Assembly (NCBI GenBank): GCA_045863855.1
Contig: BTVV01000034.1
Location: 1-55,444 of the forward strand
Direction: 5' to 3'
Length of the DNA stretch: 55,444 nt
From: Planctomycetota bacterium
GTDB lineage: Bacteria > Planctomycetota > SZUA-567 > H5-PLA8
This document shows positions 28,503-39,485 of the stretch, piece after piece; position 1 is the first letter of the stretch; each line of letters opens with the position of its first letter. Position numbers and translations under genes: made by a program. The notes beneath the pieces are model-generated. The model was not told where the DNA came from, ran no database searches, and saw only the letters and a program-made list of their open reading frames with translations.

Positions 28503-29456
28503 ATGGGCAAGACTTCATCCGCGCCGGAGTCCGCCGCCAAACGGCCGGCTCTATCCAAGTACCTCGATCCGCGCGTGCTCAACCGCGTGGACAAGCTGGA
28601 GCTGAACGCGCGGCGCGTGGTCGAAGGGTTCATGGCCGGCGGGCACCGCAGCCCGTTCCACGGGTTTTCGGTCGAATTCGCGCAGCACCGCGAGTACGCG
28701 GCGGGGGACGATCCGCGCCACCTCGACTGGAAGCTCTTCGCCAAAGCCGGGCGCTACTTCGTCAAGCAGTACGAAGTCGAGACCAACTACGTCGCATACG
28801 TGCTCCACGACGCCAGCGAGTCGATGCTTTTCGGTTCGCCCCGCGCGGCCGCGAACAAACTCGATTACGCCAACCACCTTACCGCGGCGCTGTGCTACCT
28901 GATCGTGCGCCAGACCGATTCGGTGGGGGTGGGGATCTTCAACGAAGGCTTGGCGAGCTACATCGAGCCGAAGCAGTCGTTCATGCACATCCACCGCATC
29001 TGCCACGAACTCGAGAATACTCAGCCGCTCAAGAAGACCGATACGGGCGGGATCATGCACGAATTCGCCGAGCGCATCAAAAAGCGCGGGCTGGTGATCG
29101 TAATCAGCGATTTGCTGGACGATCCGGCGCACATCCTCGACGGCTTGAACCACCTGCATTTCGCGCGCCACGAGGTGCTCCTGTTCCACATCATGGACCC
29201 GTACGAATTGGAGTTTCCGTTCGACGGCCTGATCAAGTTCGAGGGCCTGGAAGGGTACGAGGATCTGCTCTGCCAGCCGCGGATGCTGCGCAAGAGCTAC
29301 CTCCAGGCGCTGAACGAGCACATCCTGGCGGTGCGCGGCGCGTGCGAACGCAACCGTGTGGACTACGTGATGATGAATACGGCGCACCCGCTGGAAGTGG
29401 GGTTGCAGAGTTTCCTGCAAAGCCGCGCGTTGCAGCGCGTCTCGCACCGGGGTTAA
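28503..29456 (+). CDS. DUF58 domain protein
   Basis: GHRSPFHGFSVEFAQHREY..GDD...DWK, YEVETN, DASESM, ISD. Confidence 0.93.
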   Translation: MGKTSSAPESAAKRPALSKYLDPRVLNRVDKLELNARRVVEGFMAGGHRSPFHGFSVEFAQHREYAAGDDPRHLDWKLFAKAGRYFVKQYEVETNYVAYVLHDASESMLFGSPRAAANKLDYANHLTAALCYLIVRQTDSVGVGIFNEGLASYIEPKQSFMHIHRICHELENTQPLKKTDTGGIMHEFAERIKKRGLVIVISDLLDDPAHILDGLNHLHFARHEVLLFHIMDPYELEFPFDGLIKFEGLEGYEDLLCQPRMLRKSYLQALNEHILAVRGACERNRVDYVMMNTAHPLEVGLQSFLQSRALQRVSHRG

Positions 29457-29497
29457 CGGCCGTACGCTTTTGGGAAACGAAGGCCCAAGGTTAAACG

Positions 29498-31714
29498 ATG
29501 GCGTTTCTGAATCCTTTCTTGATCGGTTTTCTGGCGCTGGGCAGCGTCCCGATCATCATTCACCTGCTGAACAAGCGGCGCTTCCGCCCGGTGCAGTGGG
29601 CGGCGATGGAATTCCTGCTCAAGGCGCTGAAGCAGAACAGCCGGCGCCTGCAGATTCGCGACCTGCTGCTGATGGCGATCCGCACGCTGGCGGTGCTACT
29701 GCTGGTGCTGGCGCTTGCGCGCCCGACGCTGGCCGGGCGGATCAACTTCCTCGGCGCGCGCAGCCAGACCGGCGCGGTGATCCTGATCGACAACTCGTTT
29801 TCGATGGGCTACCACAACGGGCGCGAGACGCGCTTCGACGTGGCCAAGCGCCTGGTCAAGACGATCCTGACGCAGCTCGACAAGGGCGCGTGGTGCGCCG
29901 TCTACGCCTTCAACGACGAAGTCCGCTCGCCCTTGGGCGACCCGTCCCAGAACCTCGGCTACATCGAACAGGAACTGGACCGTTACGTCTTCCTTTCCGA
30001 CGGCGGCACGAACCTCGAAAAGGGCCTTCAAAAAGCGAAGAAGCTCTTCGAGACGCATCCCGAGTACAAGGCCGCTGCGAAAGAGATTTACCTGATCACC
30101 GACATGCAGGCGCGCGCCTGGAACCCGAAAAACGTCTCCAGCGGCTTCGGCGGTCTGCTCCAGGGGCTGACCGAAGAATCGAGCATCTACCTCGTGGACG
30201 TAGGCGACAGCGCGGGCGAAAACTGTTCGCTTACCGAGGTGAAGCTCTCCGATTCGCTGGTGACGGTGGAGATGCCGGTGCAGTTGACGGTGACGGTCAA
30301 GAACTTCGGCAATGCGAGCGTGAGCGGCTTGCCGGTGGACTGCTTCGTCGACGCCTCGAAGGAAGACGAGCGTCCGATCGAACGACAGATGGTCAACATC
30401 GAGCCCGGCGAGGTGGCGACGGTCACGTTCGAGACGAAGTTCCAGACCGGCGGCGACCATAAGGTGGAGATCCGGCTGGGCGACGACCGGTTGAGCCCCG
30501 ACAACCGGCGCTTCTGCACGATCGAAGTGGTGGAAGAGACGAACGTGCTGCTGGTGGACGGCCGGGACATGAAGAACGACGACCCGCGCTCCAGCGAGAC
30601 CGGTTACCTGCAATACGCGCTGGCCCCGCGCGATCCCGAGCAGCCCGAATCGAAGACGGTGGTGGTCTGCGAACGGGTCCCGCATTACCGGCTGAGCGAA
30701 AAGAACCTCGCCAACTACCAGGCGCTGGTGCTCTGCAACGTCGAGAAGCTGAACGCGGCGCAGGTGCAGGTGATTCAGCGGCAGGTCTTCAGCGGGATGG
30801 GTCTGTTGATCTTCCTGGGCGATCAGACCGATCCGGCTTACTACATGCAGACGTTCGGGGAGAGCGCCGCGAAGCTGCTGCCGGCGGAGATCGGCGAGAC
30901 GTGGGGCACCGCGCCGGAATTGGGCCAGGAGCTTCCCCCGTCCAAGAGTCTGGCGAGCGACGCGACGCAGGTCAGCCACCCGATGATGGCGACCTTCAAC
31001 GAGCCCGAGGTCAAACCGCTGCTGGGGCTGGTGAAGATTTTCAAGGCCTTCGAACTGAAGCCGATCGCCGGCGACGACGTGCAGACGGTGGCGTTCCTGG
31101 AGGACGGCCGCCCGGCGATTCTGGAGCGCAAGGTGGGCACGGGGACGGTGCTGCTGGCCTCGTTCCCGCCGACGACGGCGTGGTCGAACCTGCCGACGCA
31201 GCCGGTCTTTCCGGTGATCTTCTTCCGCGCCTCGCAGCGCATGACGCTGGGCAACCGCCCCTCGAAGAACCTGCCCGCCGGTACGCCGATTCGCGGGTAC
31301 GTGAGCCTGGCCGACCAGAAATCGCGGTTGAAGATCGCCGCGCCGCTGCCGATGGGCGAGCGCGACACGACGCCCGAAGCGACCGGCGACGGGCGCGCGG
31401 CTTTCGACTTCGCGGACACCGACCGGGCCGGCTTCTACACGGTGACGCTGGACCGCGCCGGTTTCACGCCGCGCGTATACAGCCTGAACGCGAACGCCGA
31501 GGTCGAATCGGATCTGGCTTCGGTGAACGTGGAGAGCCTGAAGCAGACGTACCCGGGCTTCGAGTTCATCTGCATCGCGAAGAGCGACGACTTCAAGAAC
31601 AAGCTGATCAGCGAGAAGCACGGGACCGAAATCTGGCCATGGCTGATCGCGCTGGTTTTCATCCTGCTGGCGACGGAATCGGTATTGGCGCATCTGTGGG
31701 CGCCACGGGACTGA
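29498..31714 (+). CDS. BatA N-terminal + VWA domain membrane protein
   Basis: FLNP...PIIIHLL...WAAMEFL...LARP, MIDAS DNSFSM, ITDMQ, C-terminal ESDL and TM. Confidence 0.9.
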   Translation: MAFLNPFLIGFLALGSVPIIIHLLNKRRFRPVQWAAMEFLLKALKQNSRRLQIRDLLLMAIRTLAVLLLVLALARPTLAGRINFLGARSQTGAVILIDNSFSMGYHNGRETRFDVAKRLVKTILTQLDKGAWCAVYAFNDEVRSPLGDPSQNLGYIEQELDRYVFLSDGGTNLEKGLQKAKKLFETHPEYKAAAKEIYLITDMQARAWNPKNVSSGFGGLLQGLTEESSIYLVDVGDSAGENCSLTEVKLSDSLVTVEMPVQLTVTVKNFGNASVSGLPVDCFVDASKEDERPIERQMVNIEPGEVATVTFETKFQTGGDHKVEIRLGDDRLSPDNRRFCTIEVVEETNVLLVDGRDMKNDDPRSSETGYLQYALAPRDPEQPESKTVVVCERVPHYRLSEKNLANYQALVLCNVEKLNAAQVQVIQRQVFSGMGLLIFLGDQTDPAYYMQTFGESAAKLLPAEIGETWGTAPELGQELPPSKSLASDATQVSHPMMATFNEPEVKPLLGLVKIFKAFELKPIAGDDVQTVAFLEDGRPAILERKVGTGTVLLASFPPTTAWSNLPTQPVFPVIFFRASQRMTLGNRPSKNLPAGTPIRGYVSLADQKSRLKIAAPLPMGERDTTPEATGDGRAAFDFADTDRAGFYTVTLDRAGFTPRVYSLNANAEVESDLASVNVESLKQTYPGFEFICIAKSDDFKNKLISEKHGTEIWPWLIALVFILLATESVLAHLWAPRD

Positions 31715-31724
31715 CGAGCGACGC

Positions 31725-34202
31725 ATGACGGACGTGCTGGCTAAACTACTGGGCATCGACCGCCTCGAGGGCGGGAACATCGACCAATGGTCGATCCACT
31801 GGACCAACCTCGAGACGCCGTTCCAGATCCTGCTGTTCCTGCTCGCGGGCGGCGCGGCGGCCTACGCCGTCTGGTGGTTCTACCGCCGCGAGCCGGACTA
31901 CTGCCCGTCCAAGCGCAAAAAGTTGCTGGCCGCGCTGCGCACGGCGGGGGTGCTGCTGCTGCTGGTGATCCTGGCCGGTCCGGTGCTGGAGATCGTGAAG
32001 AGCGGCGTGGCCAAGAGCAAGGTGGTGATTCTGGCCGATACGTCCAAGTCGATGACGCGCGTGGACAAGTTCGGGACCGAGCCGAACAAGCTGGTGGCCG
32101 CGCGGACGCTGGGACTGGCGAAGCTGGGCGAGGAGCGCCTGCCGGCCTCTGCCGAGGAACCGCTGGCCAAGGCCACGCGCATGGACGTGATGCGCGGGCT
32201 TTTCGATAATACGGAGATCGGCCTGCTCAAGCAGCTCCAGGAAGAATACGACGTGGAGCTTTGGACATTCGCGCGCGCGGGCGACATGGTGCGGCTGGGC
32301 TCGGACGGGCAGCCGCTGGAACCCGGCGTGCTGGAAGGCATCGAGGCCGACGGGATGGTCTCGGAAGTGGGCGGCGCGCTGCGCGCGACCGTCAACCGGC
32401 TCAAAGGCCAGCCGCTCACCGGGATCGTGCTCGTCACCGACGGCGGGAACAACAAAGGCGAAGACCCGGTGCTGGTGGCGGCGGACATTCCGGTGCGCGT
32501 CTTCCCCATCGGCATCGGCGTGCCGGAAGCCAAAGACATCGCGGTCAGCAATTTGATGATGGAAAGCAAGGTTTTCATCGACGATCCGGCGCCGATTTAC
32601 GTGCGGCTCAAGCACAACGGATTCACCGGCGAGCAGTGCCAGATCGTGGTGACGATGGACGGCGAGGAACTGGCGCGGGTGCCGATCTCCCTGCGCGAGC
32701 AGGGCGAGCAGGCCGAGACGGTGCGCATCAAGCCGAAGAAGGCCGGGAAGTTCACCGTGCGCATCGAAGTGCCCACGATGGAAGGCGACAGCGAGCCGGC
32801 GAACAACGTGAAGGAAAAGGACATTGAAGTCATCGACGACAAGATCAAGGTGCTGGTGCTGGAGTCGGAGCCGCGCTGGGAATACCGCTTCTTCAAGTCG
32901 GCGCTGCTGCGCGATAAGCGGCTGGAAACGAAGATTCTGCTGCGCGTGCCCGACCTGGCCGAACTGGCACGGCCGGGGAGCCCGTACATCAAGACGTTCC
33001 CCAAGAAGGAAGAGCTGTTCCAGTTCGACTGCATTATTTTCGGCAACCTGCCCAACGACGGTTTCTGGACCGAAGCGGACCTGGAGCTGATCAAGCGCTT
33101 CGTGGTTGAGGAAGGCGGCGGGATCTGGTTCATCGCCGGCAAGAATAACCTTCCGGACAGCTACAAGGAATCGAAGCTGGAGCCGCTCTTCCCGGTCGAG
33201 TTCGAGCGCAACCCGGAGGTTTCGTCGGAAGGCGAACAGAACAATCCGATCCTCGAAGGTTTCCGCCTGCTGCTGACGCCGGAAGGCAAGACGCATCCGC
33301 TGATGCGCCTGGACCTGGGCGGCGAAGGCGGAGCGGATGTGCCCGGCGAGAAGTGGGACCTGATGCCGGAGGTGTACTGGCACCACAAGTCCACGCGGGC
33401 GAAGCTGAACGGGATTCCGCTGCTGGTGCACGGCGGCGAGGCCGATCAGCGCGCGGGCAGCCGCGATGGCCCCACACCGCTGCTGGTGACGGCGCAGAAC
33501 GGGCGCGGACGCGTGCTGTACAGCGCGATCGACGAATTCTGGCGCATGCGCTTCCCGCCGGAGCTGGGCCCCGGCGCGCTGGAGCGCTTTTACGGCCACG
33601 CGGTCCAGTACATCGGGCTGGCGCACTGCATCGGCGCGACGGCGCGCATCGAGCTGAACACCGACCAGGAAGAGTACGCCATAGGCGACATGGTCAAGGT
33701 CACCGCGCGCATCCTGAGCAAAGAGACGTACGATGCATCGACGGCGGACAAAGTTCCGGCGGTCTCGACGGATCTGGAAAACGAAGCGAACACGACTAAT
33801 TTCGAACTGACTCCGATCCCCGGGCAGCCCGGCAACTTCCAGGGCGCCCTGCCGGCCAAGGAGAAGGGTACCTTCCGCATCACGCTTCGCGACGAGGACG
33901 AGCAGGGCGCGTACAAGGATTACGCGGTGCGCATCCCGCAGATCGAGATGGACCAGCCGGACATGAAGAAGGAAGTGCTGGACAACGTGGCCAAGGCGTC
34001 GAAGCAGGGCCGCGACGACAAGGTGGCGCGGATGTACTTCCCCGACGAAGCGGGCGAACTGGTGAAGGAACTGCGCGAGTCGCAGCGCCGGCTGGAAGTG
34101 CGCATCGAGGATCCGTTGTGGGACGCGCCGCTGATGGCGCTGTTGTTCACGCTGCTGATGGGCGCGGAATGGTTCCTGCGCAAGCGCAGCGATCTGATGT
34201 AA
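31725..34202 (+). CDS. VWA + glutamine-amidotransferase-like membrane protein
   Basis: DTSKSM, VTDG, 'PRWEYRF', GGG..FIAG, GRGRV, C-terminal PLWD...EWFLRK. Confidence 0.85.
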   Translation: MTDVLAKLLGIDRLEGGNIDQWSIHWTNLETPFQILLFLLAGGAAAYAVWWFYRREPDYCPSKRKKLLAALRTAGVLLLLVILAGPVLEIVKSGVAKSKVVILADTSKSMTRVDKFGTEPNKLVAARTLGLAKLGEERLPASAEEPLAKATRMDVMRGLFDNTEIGLLKQLQEEYDVELWTFARAGDMVRLGSDGQPLEPGVLEGIEADGMVSEVGGALRATVNRLKGQPLTGIVLVTDGGNNKGEDPVLVAADIPVRVFPIGIGVPEAKDIAVSNLMMESKVFIDDPAPIYVRLKHNGFTGEQCQIVVTMDGEELARVPISLREQGEQAETVRIKPKKAGKFTVRIEVPTMEGDSEPANNVKEKDIEVIDDKIKVLVLESEPRWEYRFFKSALLRDKRLETKILLRVPDLAELARPGSPYIKTFPKKEELFQFDCIIFGNLPNDGFWTEADLELIKRFVVEEGGGIWFIAGKNNLPDSYKESKLEPLFPVEFERNPEVSSEGEQNNPILEGFRLLLTPEGKTHPLMRLDLGGEGGADVPGEKWDLMPEVYWHHKSTRAKLNGIPLLVHGGEADQRAGSRDGPTPLLVTAQNGRGRVLYSAIDEFWRMRFPPELGPGALERFYGHAVQYIGLAHCIGATARIELNTDQEEYAIGDMVKVTARILSKETYDASTADKVPAVSTDLENEANTTNFELTPIPGQPGNFQGALPAKEKGTFRITLRDEDEQGAYKDYAVRIPQIEMDQPDMKKEVLDNVAKASKQGRDDKVARMYFPDEAGELVKELRESQRRLEVRIEDPLWDAPLMALLFTLLMGAEWFLRKRSDLM

Positions 34203-34230
34203 GGCTTCCGGAGCGCCGCACGGGACGAAC

Positions 34231-35988
34231 ATGCTGAGCCTCACCGATCTGCAACGCCGGCTGGAAGTAGTGCGCCAGCGCGAACGGAACGTCGCGCTGG
34301 TGACGGGCGTTTCGCGCAGCGTCGCGGTGCTGCTGGGCGGGGTGTTGAGCTACCTGCTGCTGGACTGGCTCTTCGAGCCGCCGCTGTGGGCGCGCTGGCT
34401 GGCGGTGCTGGGCATCCTGGCCTACGTGGGCTATACGGTGCGGCGCTACTTGATTCTGGAACTGCGCAAGATTCACGACGACGACGAGATCGCGCTGCGG
34501 ATCGAAGCGCGCAATCCGGAGCTGCGCGGTCGGCTGATCTCGACGGTGCAGCTCGCGCGGGCGTCGAAGCGCGGCGAATACGCCGGCAGCGCCGAGCTGC
34601 TCGAGGCGCTCGAAAACGACACGCTCGAATCGGCCGCGCCGCTGGACTTCCTGAAGATCATCGACAAGGACCTGATGGTGAAGTTCTCCGCGGCGGCGGT
34701 GGCCATCGTGCTGATCAAGCTCGCCTGCCTGATCCAGTTCCCGGGCTACTTCGAGGCGATGGCCGAGCGGCTCGTCGATCCGGACAAGCAGTTCCCGACG
34801 AAGGTTCGGATCAAGGAGTTGCAGGCGCCGGCCAACGTGGCGCGGGGGGACTCGGTGGCCGTCCTGGTGCTGCTGGAGGAAACGAGCCAGGAGCCCACGG
34901 AGCCGGGGACGCTGGTCTTCCAGTCGATTTTGGACGGAACGGAGACGCCCGTGGAACTGGTGGCGCAAGGTCCGCGGCAGTACGCCGGCGCGCTGGCCAA
35001 GGCGCTGGACAACGTGCGCGTGATGGCCAAGCTCGGCGACGGCAAGAGCCAGTGGCGGGAAGTGAAAGTGATGGCGCGCCCCGAAGTCGCCGAGGGCACG
35101 GTGCGCTACCGTTTCCCCGCCTACACGAAGGAAGCCGATCCGCCGCCCGACCGCTTCGGCGGCCTCAGCGCGCTGCAAGGCAGCACCGCGGAGATCGAGA
35201 TCGTCTCCACCAAGCCGCTGGCGCAGGCGCAGATCAAGCGCATGGACGAGAAGGTGCTCGCGTTGGTGCAGACGGATACGGAAGGCAAAGCCTGGAAGCT
35301 GCCCGAACCCTTCGCGATCGACAAGAGCACCAGCTACTTCGTGGAACTGCTCGACCGGGACGGCCTGCGGAACAGCCAGCCGCCGGTGGTCTACCCGGTC
35401 AACGCGAAGCCCGATATGCCGCCGATGCTGAAGCTGCTCAAGCCCACGCGCGACCGCACCGTCACGCCGCGCACCAAACTGGACGTGGCCTTCGACCTGC
35501 GCGACGACTACGGCCTGCGCACCGTCTGGCTCGTGTACCAGCATCAGCGCGAAGGCGAGACCGAAGGCACCGGCACGACGAAGCGCTACGAACTGCCGCT
35601 GCCGGACAACCTGAAGGGCTCACGCTCGATCCCCAACCTCCCCTTCTCCTGGGACCTGGACGCGCTGGGGCTGAAGGTGGGCGACCAGATCGTCTTCTGG
35701 CTCGAAGCCGATGACGAATGCGCGGCGAACGACTTCCCTCCGGAAAAGCGCGTGGAACGCGAAGGCGCTCAAGAACCCGCGGTGCAGGAGGCCGAGTACC
35801 CGCACAGCGGGAACGTCAAACTCACGGTGATCAGCACGGATGAGAAAAACGCGGAACTGCATGCCGAGGTGGCGCGGATCCTGGAAGTCGTCCGCACGCT
35901 CAACGATCAGCAGTCGGGCATCAAGGAAGAGCTGATGAAGCTGATCGAAGCGCACCAGCGCGAGATCAAAGACACGCAAAAGCCATAA
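34231..35988 (+). CDS. DUF4175-like membrane protein
   Basis: N-terminal TMs, 'IE...PEL..RLIS.VQ', 'PAYT', 'D.PP', 'DDYGL'. Confidence 0.75.
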   Translation: MLSLTDLQRRLEVVRQRERNVALVTGVSRSVAVLLGGVLSYLLLDWLFEPPLWARWLAVLGILAYVGYTVRRYLILELRKIHDDDEIALRIEARNPELRGRLISTVQLARASKRGEYAGSAELLEALENDTLESAAPLDFLKIIDKDLMVKFSAAAVAIVLIKLACLIQFPGYFEAMAERLVDPDKQFPTKVRIKELQAPANVARGDSVAVLVLLEETSQEPTEPGTLVFQSILDGTETPVELVAQGPRQYAGALAKALDNVRVMAKLGDGKSQWREVKVMARPEVAEGTVRYRFPAYTKEADPPPDRFGGLSALQGSTAEIEIVSTKPLAQAQIKRMDEKVLALVQTDTEGKAWKLPEPFAIDKSTSYFVELLDRDGLRNSQPPVVYPVNAKPDMPPMLKLLKPTRDRTVTPRTKLDVAFDLRDDYGLRTVWLVYQHQREGETEGTGTTKRYELPLPDNLKGSRSIPNLPFSWDLDALGLKVGDQIVFWLEADDECAANDFPPEKRVEREGAQEPAVQEAEYPHSGNVKLTVISTDEKNAELHAEVARILEVVRTLNDQQSGIKEELMKLIEAHQREIKDTQKP

Positions 35989-36067
35989 ATCTTAAATTTG
36001 TTAACATAATTCGCATGCTTGCACAACGGGCGTGTGGTAGTGATTATGCATCGCGCACGCACGAACC

Positions 36068-36079
36068 TTGTCATGACAA
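36068..36079. promoter_or_regulatory. Perfect palindrome TTGTCATGACAA, candidate operator
   Basis: 12-bp palindrome about 90 nt upstream of the oxidoreductase start. Confidence 0.4.
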
Positions 36080-36171
36080 CTTAAGTACAAGCGTAGCTTG
36101 CGCGTACCGAGACGGCCCGTGCGCCGTCTCGCATAACGAACGGGGATCGTTTCACGGAGGCGTAGAAGAAC

Positions 36172-37173
36172 ATGGGCGGGCAGGACGGCAAGATCAAGGT
36201 GGGGTTCATCGGCTGCGGCGGCATCATGAACGGGCACGTTCAGCGCCTGAAGAACACGTCCGCGGAGATCGTGGCGTTGGCGGACACCTCGCCGGAATCG
36301 ATTCAGCGGCTGAAGAAGAACAATCCGCATTTGGCGGACGTTCCGGAGTTCGGCGACTGGAAGAAGATGCTGAAGGAAGCGAAGCTCGACGCGATCGAGA
36401 TCGGCAGCCCGCACACGGTTCACTACGAGCAGACGTGCGCATCGCTGGAGAAGGGTTTGCATGTCCTGACCGAAAAGCCGATGACGTGCACGAGCGCCCA
36501 CGCGCGGGATATCATCAAGCGCGCGAAGAAGGCCAAGAAGATCGTCGCGATCAGCTACCAGCGCCACTACCAGGGCACGTACCGCTACATGCGCGAGCTG
36601 GTGCAGAGCGGCGCGCTGGGCGAAGTGCAGTACGTGGCGGCCTTCCAGGCGCAGGAATGGCTCAAGGCCGTGCAAGGCACCTGGCGGCAGACTCAGGCGC
36701 TGGGCGGTGGCGGACAGATCAACGATTCGGGGTCGCACCTGCTCGACATGGTGATGTGGACCAGCGGGCTGGTGGCCGAAGAAGTGAGCTGCCGGCAGGA
36801 ATTCTTCGGCACCGAGGTGGACATCAACAGCGCGGTGAACGTGAAGTTCACGAACGGCGCGCTGGGCACGATCAGCATCATCGGCAACGCGCCGAGCTGG
36901 TGGGAAGACTTCACGATCTACGGCAGCAAGGGCGCGGTCTACAACCGCAACGGCAAGATCACCTGGCAGCAGGGGCACAAGGAGCCCGTGATCGAACTGG
37001 CCAAGGGCGTGGACTGGATGGATCCGGACTCCAACTTCATCGCGGCGATCAAGGGCGAGTGCGAAGTCGGCTGCCCGCCGGAGATCGGCCTGCGCGTGAT
37101 CGAACTGACCGAAGCCGCGTGGCGCAGCCACGAAGCCGCGGGCAAGGTGGTCAAGGTCGAACGCGCCGACTAA
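36172..37173 (+). CDS. Gfo/Idh/MocA family oxidoreductase
   Basis: GFIGCGG, EKPM, GGGQINDSGSHLLD. Confidence 0.93.
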   Translation: MGGQDGKIKVGFIGCGGIMNGHVQRLKNTSAEIVALADTSPESIQRLKKNNPHLADVPEFGDWKKMLKEAKLDAIEIGSPHTVHYEQTCASLEKGLHVLTEKPMTCTSAHARDIIKRAKKAKKIVAISYQRHYQGTYRYMRELVQSGALGEVQYVAAFQAQEWLKAVQGTWRQTQALGGGGQINDSGSHLLDMVMWTSGLVAEEVSCRQEFFGTEVDINSAVNVKFTNGALGTISIIGNAPSWWEDFTIYGSKGAVYNRNGKITWQQGHKEPVIELAKGVDWMDPDSNFIAAIKGECEVGCPPEIGLRVIELTEAAWRSHEAAGKVVKVERAD

Positions 37174-37206
37174 GCACGCATGCTTCTAGCCGTTCGTGGA
37201 GGCGGG

Positions 37207-37241
37207 ACGGAGGGCCGGCAACGGCCCTCCGTTTTTTTTTT
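37207..37241 (+). terminator. Intrinsic terminator
   Basis: ACGGAGGGCC-GGCAAC-GGCCCTCCGT followed by a long T run. Confidence 0.9.
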
Positions 37242-37277
37242 GCGTCCGGACGGCAGCGGCGGTTGCCGGCGCGGCGT

Positions 37278-39485
37278 TCAAGCGTCCGCCATGAACAAGC
37301 GCGCGCGCGTCGGATCCAATTCCACGGCTAAAGACCCGTTCGAGCCGGCGGCTTTGCCGCTCACGAGGTCCAGCCACGTTCCGCCGCCGGCTTGCAACGC
37401 GGTTTGTACGGTTTCGGCGCCGAAGTTCGCGACGAGCACGTAATCGCGGCCGTCCAGGCCGGTGATTCGAACAGCGCGCAGGCCGCCCGGAGCTTCGAGG
37501 CGCCGCGCTTGGCGGCGTTCCTGGAAAGTACGCGTGGCCGCGGCCGAGACCGACGAAAACAACACCACGCCCGTATCGAGCAGCGTGGCCGGCCCGTTCA
37601 CGGCTTCGCGCGTCCAGCGTCCGGGCCAGCAGAGCGCATCGGTGAGAATGCTGCCGCAGTAGCCGCCGATCCGCGCCCCCCGCCGCAGCAGGCTCCACGA
37701 AGCCGCGCCGTATACCCCCACCCCGCCCAGCACGTCGTCCACGTTGACCCATGGCGAAGCGAGGTCCAGCGGTTCCGGCGCGCCCAGGCGTCCCTCCAGC
37801 GTGCGCGCGCCGCCGGCCGCGTGGTACGTGCGCCGGCCCGCGTTGTAGAGATCGTTCGGGATCTCCCACTTCACGCCTTCCAGCGCCTCGATGTATACAC
37901 GCCGCTCGGCCAGCGTCGCGAACTCCAGCCGCAGCACCGTCCGGTCGTCGGGCAGTGCGGCGAAGACCAGGCGGTGGTCGATCCACCACTCGTCGGCCTT
38001 CCAGCCTTCGGCGACGGACTTGGGCTTCTTGTCGCTCATCTTCCCGCTGGTGACGAAGCCTCCGGGGAAGGTTTCGATGTGCTTGGCGTGGACATCGCCT
38101 TTCAGCTCGGTCTCGCCCATGAAGCGGATCGCGCCGGCGAGGTTGCGCTTCCATTCGGCGAGGCTGCCGTCCTGGGGCGGCAGGCACAAGCCCATCGGTC
38201 CTTCGCTGGAACGCCAGCAAAAGCTGGCCATGCGCGTGGGGCTGCGGTGAAAGACCGCGCCGTGCTCGGGTTCGGCCCAGCCGCCTTGCACGGTCGCTTC
38301 CAATTCGCGCGCGGGCTTGGCCGGCTCGACGGGAAAGCGTTCGGCCCATTGCCGCAGCATCGAAAGGACCGAAGCCTTGTCCGACTCGAGGCGCGTGTAA
38401 TACACCTCGCTGTCGCGGCGCAGGTGCGCGAGGCGCTTGGAGAGAAACGAGCCGTCCTCGTTGTGCTTCTGCTCGTGCGCGATCAGGTTCAACTGCCCCT
38501 TCAGCAGATCCCAGGCATGCGGATCGCGGAAGTAATCGGCCGCCCAATACAGCGTGGGAAGCAGGAAGTCCTGGCAGTAGGTGTAGCGGATGCGCGAATC
38601 GCCGCCGATGCGGATCAGCCGGCCGTCGTGGAAGACCAGCCGCCGGACCAGCGCCCACAGATCGCCGGCGTGGTGGTACAGCGACTCCGGCGGCGTCACG
38701 CCCCGCGCCTTGAAGGTGTAGTGCAGGATCGCGATGTTGCTGAGGCAGATGACCATGTAGCCGACGTTGAGATACGCATGGTGGTCGAGGCTGAAGTGCG
38801 GGAAGAAGTTCGCGCCGCGGTGCCAATCCTTGAGCGGCTTTCCGGCCACGATCGTCTCGTCGGCGGCATCGGCGGGCACGGAGATGCCGTTGAGGAGCCA
38901 CTCGTGGGCTTTCTCGCGCCAGCCGGCGGCGTGGGGTTCGTCGGGGTACATCAGGGCCGTGCGCAGGAGCAGCGCGCCGTTCCAGAGGTTCGATTCGGGC
39001 TTGTTCTTCCCGCTGTGTCCCCAGACATCGGCGACGACCGGATGCGTAAGCTGGAAATCGGCCTCGCTGGCCAGCATCGCGCGCAGGTTCGCACGGTCTT
39101 CGTCCGTCAAATGCGGTTCCAGCGCTTCGACGCCGTGCATCATGCGCTCGACGCCCAGCGCGGTGATCCAGCTATGCCCCCAGGTGTTCCCGTCGGGCCC
39201 GGATTTTCCTCCGGTACGGTGCTGGTCGAGGGTATGGCGCAAACCGGCCAAGGCGCGGGCAAGAACCGCCTCGCGCGAGCAGCCCGCGAGCGTAGCGTCG
39301 AAGCCCGGATCGGCCGCGGCGACGGCCAAGGCGGCGAGCACCTTCTGGTGGCTCTGCACACCCCAATGCTGATACCCCGTGCCCCAGCACGCGCGGCCGG
39401 GCCGTCCGGGCACGTCCCACCAGCAGGTCATGCCGAACGGAAGCCAGCGTTGTAAAAGCTCCAGCGAAAGCGCGGATGGCGTCAT
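37278..39485 (-). CDS. Hypothetical protein, 735 aa
   Basis: Long ORF with GC-rich codon use, GGAG upstream; no family recognised. Confidence 0.8.
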   Translation of the reverse strand: MTPSALSLELLQRWLPFGMTCWWDVPGRPGRACWGTGYQHWGVQSHQKVLAALAVAAADPGFDATLAGCSREAVLARALAGLRHTLDQHRTGGKSGPDGNTWGHSWITALGVERMMHGVEALEPHLTDEDRANLRAMLASEADFQLTHPVVADVWGHSGKNKPESNLWNGALLLRTALMYPDEPHAAGWREKAHEWLLNGISVPADAADETIVAGKPLKDWHRGANFFPHFSLDHHAYLNVGYMVICLSNIAILHYTFKARGVTPPESLYHHAGDLWALVRRLVFHDGRLIRIGGDSRIRYTYCQDFLLPTLYWAADYFRDPHAWDLLKGQLNLIAHEQKHNEDGSFLSKRLAHLRRDSEVYYTRLESDKASVLSMLRQWAERFPVEPAKPARELEATVQGGWAEPEHGAVFHRSPTRMASFCWRSSEGPMGLCLPPQDGSLAEWKRNLAGAIRFMGETELKGDVHAKHIETFPGGFVTSGKMSDKKPKSVAEGWKADEWWIDHRLVFAALPDDRTVLRLEFATLAERRVYIEALEGVKWEIPNDLYNAGRRTYHAAGGARTLEGRLGAPEPLDLASPWVNVDDVLGGVGVYGAASWSLLRRGARIGGYCGSILTDALCWPGRWTREAVNGPATLLDTGVVLFSSVSAAATRTFQERRQARRLEAPGGLRAVRITGLDGRDYVLVANFGAETVQTALQAGGGTWLDLVSGKAAGSNGSLAVELDPTRARLFMADA

